Shown here in pieces: positions 18,993 through 20,000 of a stretch of DNA of 20,000 nucleotides (positions within the stretch are counted from its first letter, which is position 1; every line of letters starts with the position of its first letter). The translations under genes were made by a program, and so were the position numbers. Origin of the DNA: Candidatus Lindowbacteria bacterium RIFCSPLOWO2_12_FULL_62_27 (GTDB lineage Bacteria > Lindowbacteria > 2-12-FULL-62-27); assembly GCA_001784175.1 (NCBI GenBank), contig MFPR01000004.1, forward strand, positions 487,731 through 507,730. Direction: 5' to 3'. The notes under the pieces were generated by a model. The model was not told the DNA's origin, did not search any database, and was given only the letters and a program-made list of their open reading frames with translations.

Positions 18993-19534
18993 CGCAATCC
19001 CTCCTGGCCCTTGACGGGCATTGAGATTTTGCTGAAGACGGCGTTCAACGCGGCCGCGCCATCTTTGGCGAGCGCCTCAAGCGCCGCCGATTCGGTGGTG
19101 GACAAATCGAGATTCAGCGGAACCGTCGATGACAGTTGCGGCACATAGAACCGAAAAACATACTTTCGGTCCGCGACGGTCTTCACGAGGGTTGTCGCGT
19201 AGACAATCTCGGAACTGAGCGACCGCACAACCTTGATGGTCGCCGCGATATCGTAGTTGCTTGAATTGTATCGGGACTGGTAATGGGTCTGCACAAGGAC
19301 CAGAAAATCGGGTGAATGGACGTCGAGCGCCTCGCCCTGGAGTTTGCTTTCCTGATAGAGGGAGGCAAGCTGCGCCCGCTCGATGAGCGTAACGCCGGCA
19401 AGGCGCGATTCCAGAAACTGCGCCATGCGCCGGCTTTCATTCGAATTCCCCGCCACCACCGCCACCTTCGTCTGGGCGGCCGCCGTAACCGTCAACACCA
19501 AACACGCGACAAGCGTCAAAAACCATCGGCTCAT
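18989..19534 (-). CDS. Exported protein with a CsgG/HfaB-like (TolB-N-like) domain
   Basis: Signal peptide ending AAA-Q, then KVAVV...VTLIERAQLASLYQESKLQG...IKVVRSLSSEIVYA, resembling the CsgG/LpoB/FlgO fold signature. Strong SD AGGAGGTGA upstream. Confidence 0.55.
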   Translation of the reverse strand: MSRWFLTLVACLVLTVTAAAQTKVAVVAGNSNESRRMAQFLESRLAGVTLIERAQLASLYQESKLQGEALDVHSPDFLVLVQTHYQSRYNSSNYDIAATIKVVRSLSSEIVYATTLVKTVADRKYVFRFYVPQLSSTVPLNLDLSTTESAALEALAKDGAAALNAVFSKISMPVKGQEGLR

Positions 19535-19619
19535 AAATCACCTCCTCTGATTTTTAAAGAACAAAACGCCCCTCTTGCCTGACGCTTACTCTAAACGGTC
19601 AAACCGGCAAACTTTCCAA

Positions 19620-19940
19620 CTAGCCGTCGCGGATGACGGCCTCGGTGTGGAGTTCGGGATTCGTTTTCAGGCCAAGAAACTGATCCATATAGATGCACTG
19701 CTCCCTTGATAACCGATAAGGCCCGGTTCCGGGCAAAGCCGATGGGCCAAGAAGCATCTGAATTTGCGGCAGGGTCAATTCCTCGACAGGAAATATGACA
19801 ATGACCTCTCCGCATGTTTTTTCTTTTATGTAAATGTCCATTCGAACCGGCTCTTTCGTAAAACATTCCCGGTCATAATCTCGAATGGTTTTACCCGGAT
19901 TGAGTTTTAAATACATGCCCGCTAAGATAATTTTTCGCAT
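19620..19940 (-). CDS. Hypothetical protein (AT-rich)
   Basis: 106-aa ORF with an ATG start and AGGA upstream. It is co-oriented with the downstream cluster and lies in visibly AT-richer DNA, where a chance ORF is less likely. Confidence 0.5.
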   Translation of the reverse strand: MRKIILAGMYLKLNPGKTIRDYDRECFTKEPVRMDIYIKEKTCGEVIVIFPVEELTLPQIQMLLGPSALPGTGPYRLSREQCIYMDQFLGLKTNPELHTEAVIRDG

Positions 19941-20000
19941 CTGTTCAAATCCTATGAAATCGAATAAGATAGGTTCCCAACGAGGGGTAGAGAGCGGTGG

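Overview
GC-rich bacterial window with three parts. (1) 1-9069 is a surface-glycan (LPS/capsule/S-layer/flagellin) modification locus. It opens with a tightly coupled module, cut by the left edge: a seryl-tRNA-synthetase-like amino acid:[carrier protein] ligase, an acyl carrier protein, a two-domain formyltransferase and a Cys-cluster (YkgJ-like) protein. Next come GDP-heptose pathway genes (HddC- and HddA-like), an RmlC-type epimerase, an oppositely oriented PseG-like hydrolase, a B12-binding radical SAM enzyme with an extra C-terminal domain, and a GT2 glycosyltransferase. (2) 9112-17227 is mostly housekeeping: moaA, thiC, a GT4 glycosyltransferase, a DCC/DUF393 oxidoreductase, pcnB, sucC, sucD and a small exported protein. 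(3) 17198-19940 is a minus-strand cluster of exported/lipoproteins (CsgG-like and two LPP20-like) plus an AT-rich orphan ORF. The best candidate for an undescribed system is the ligase + ACP + formyltransferase module, which may build an N-formyl-aminoacyl group on a carrier protein, independently of tRNA, to decorate a sugar. A second pattern is that several sigma70-like promoters sit directly against start codons (leaderless-type), including thiC, which has no room for a TPP riboswitch. All assignments come from motifs recognised by eye; no database searches were run.
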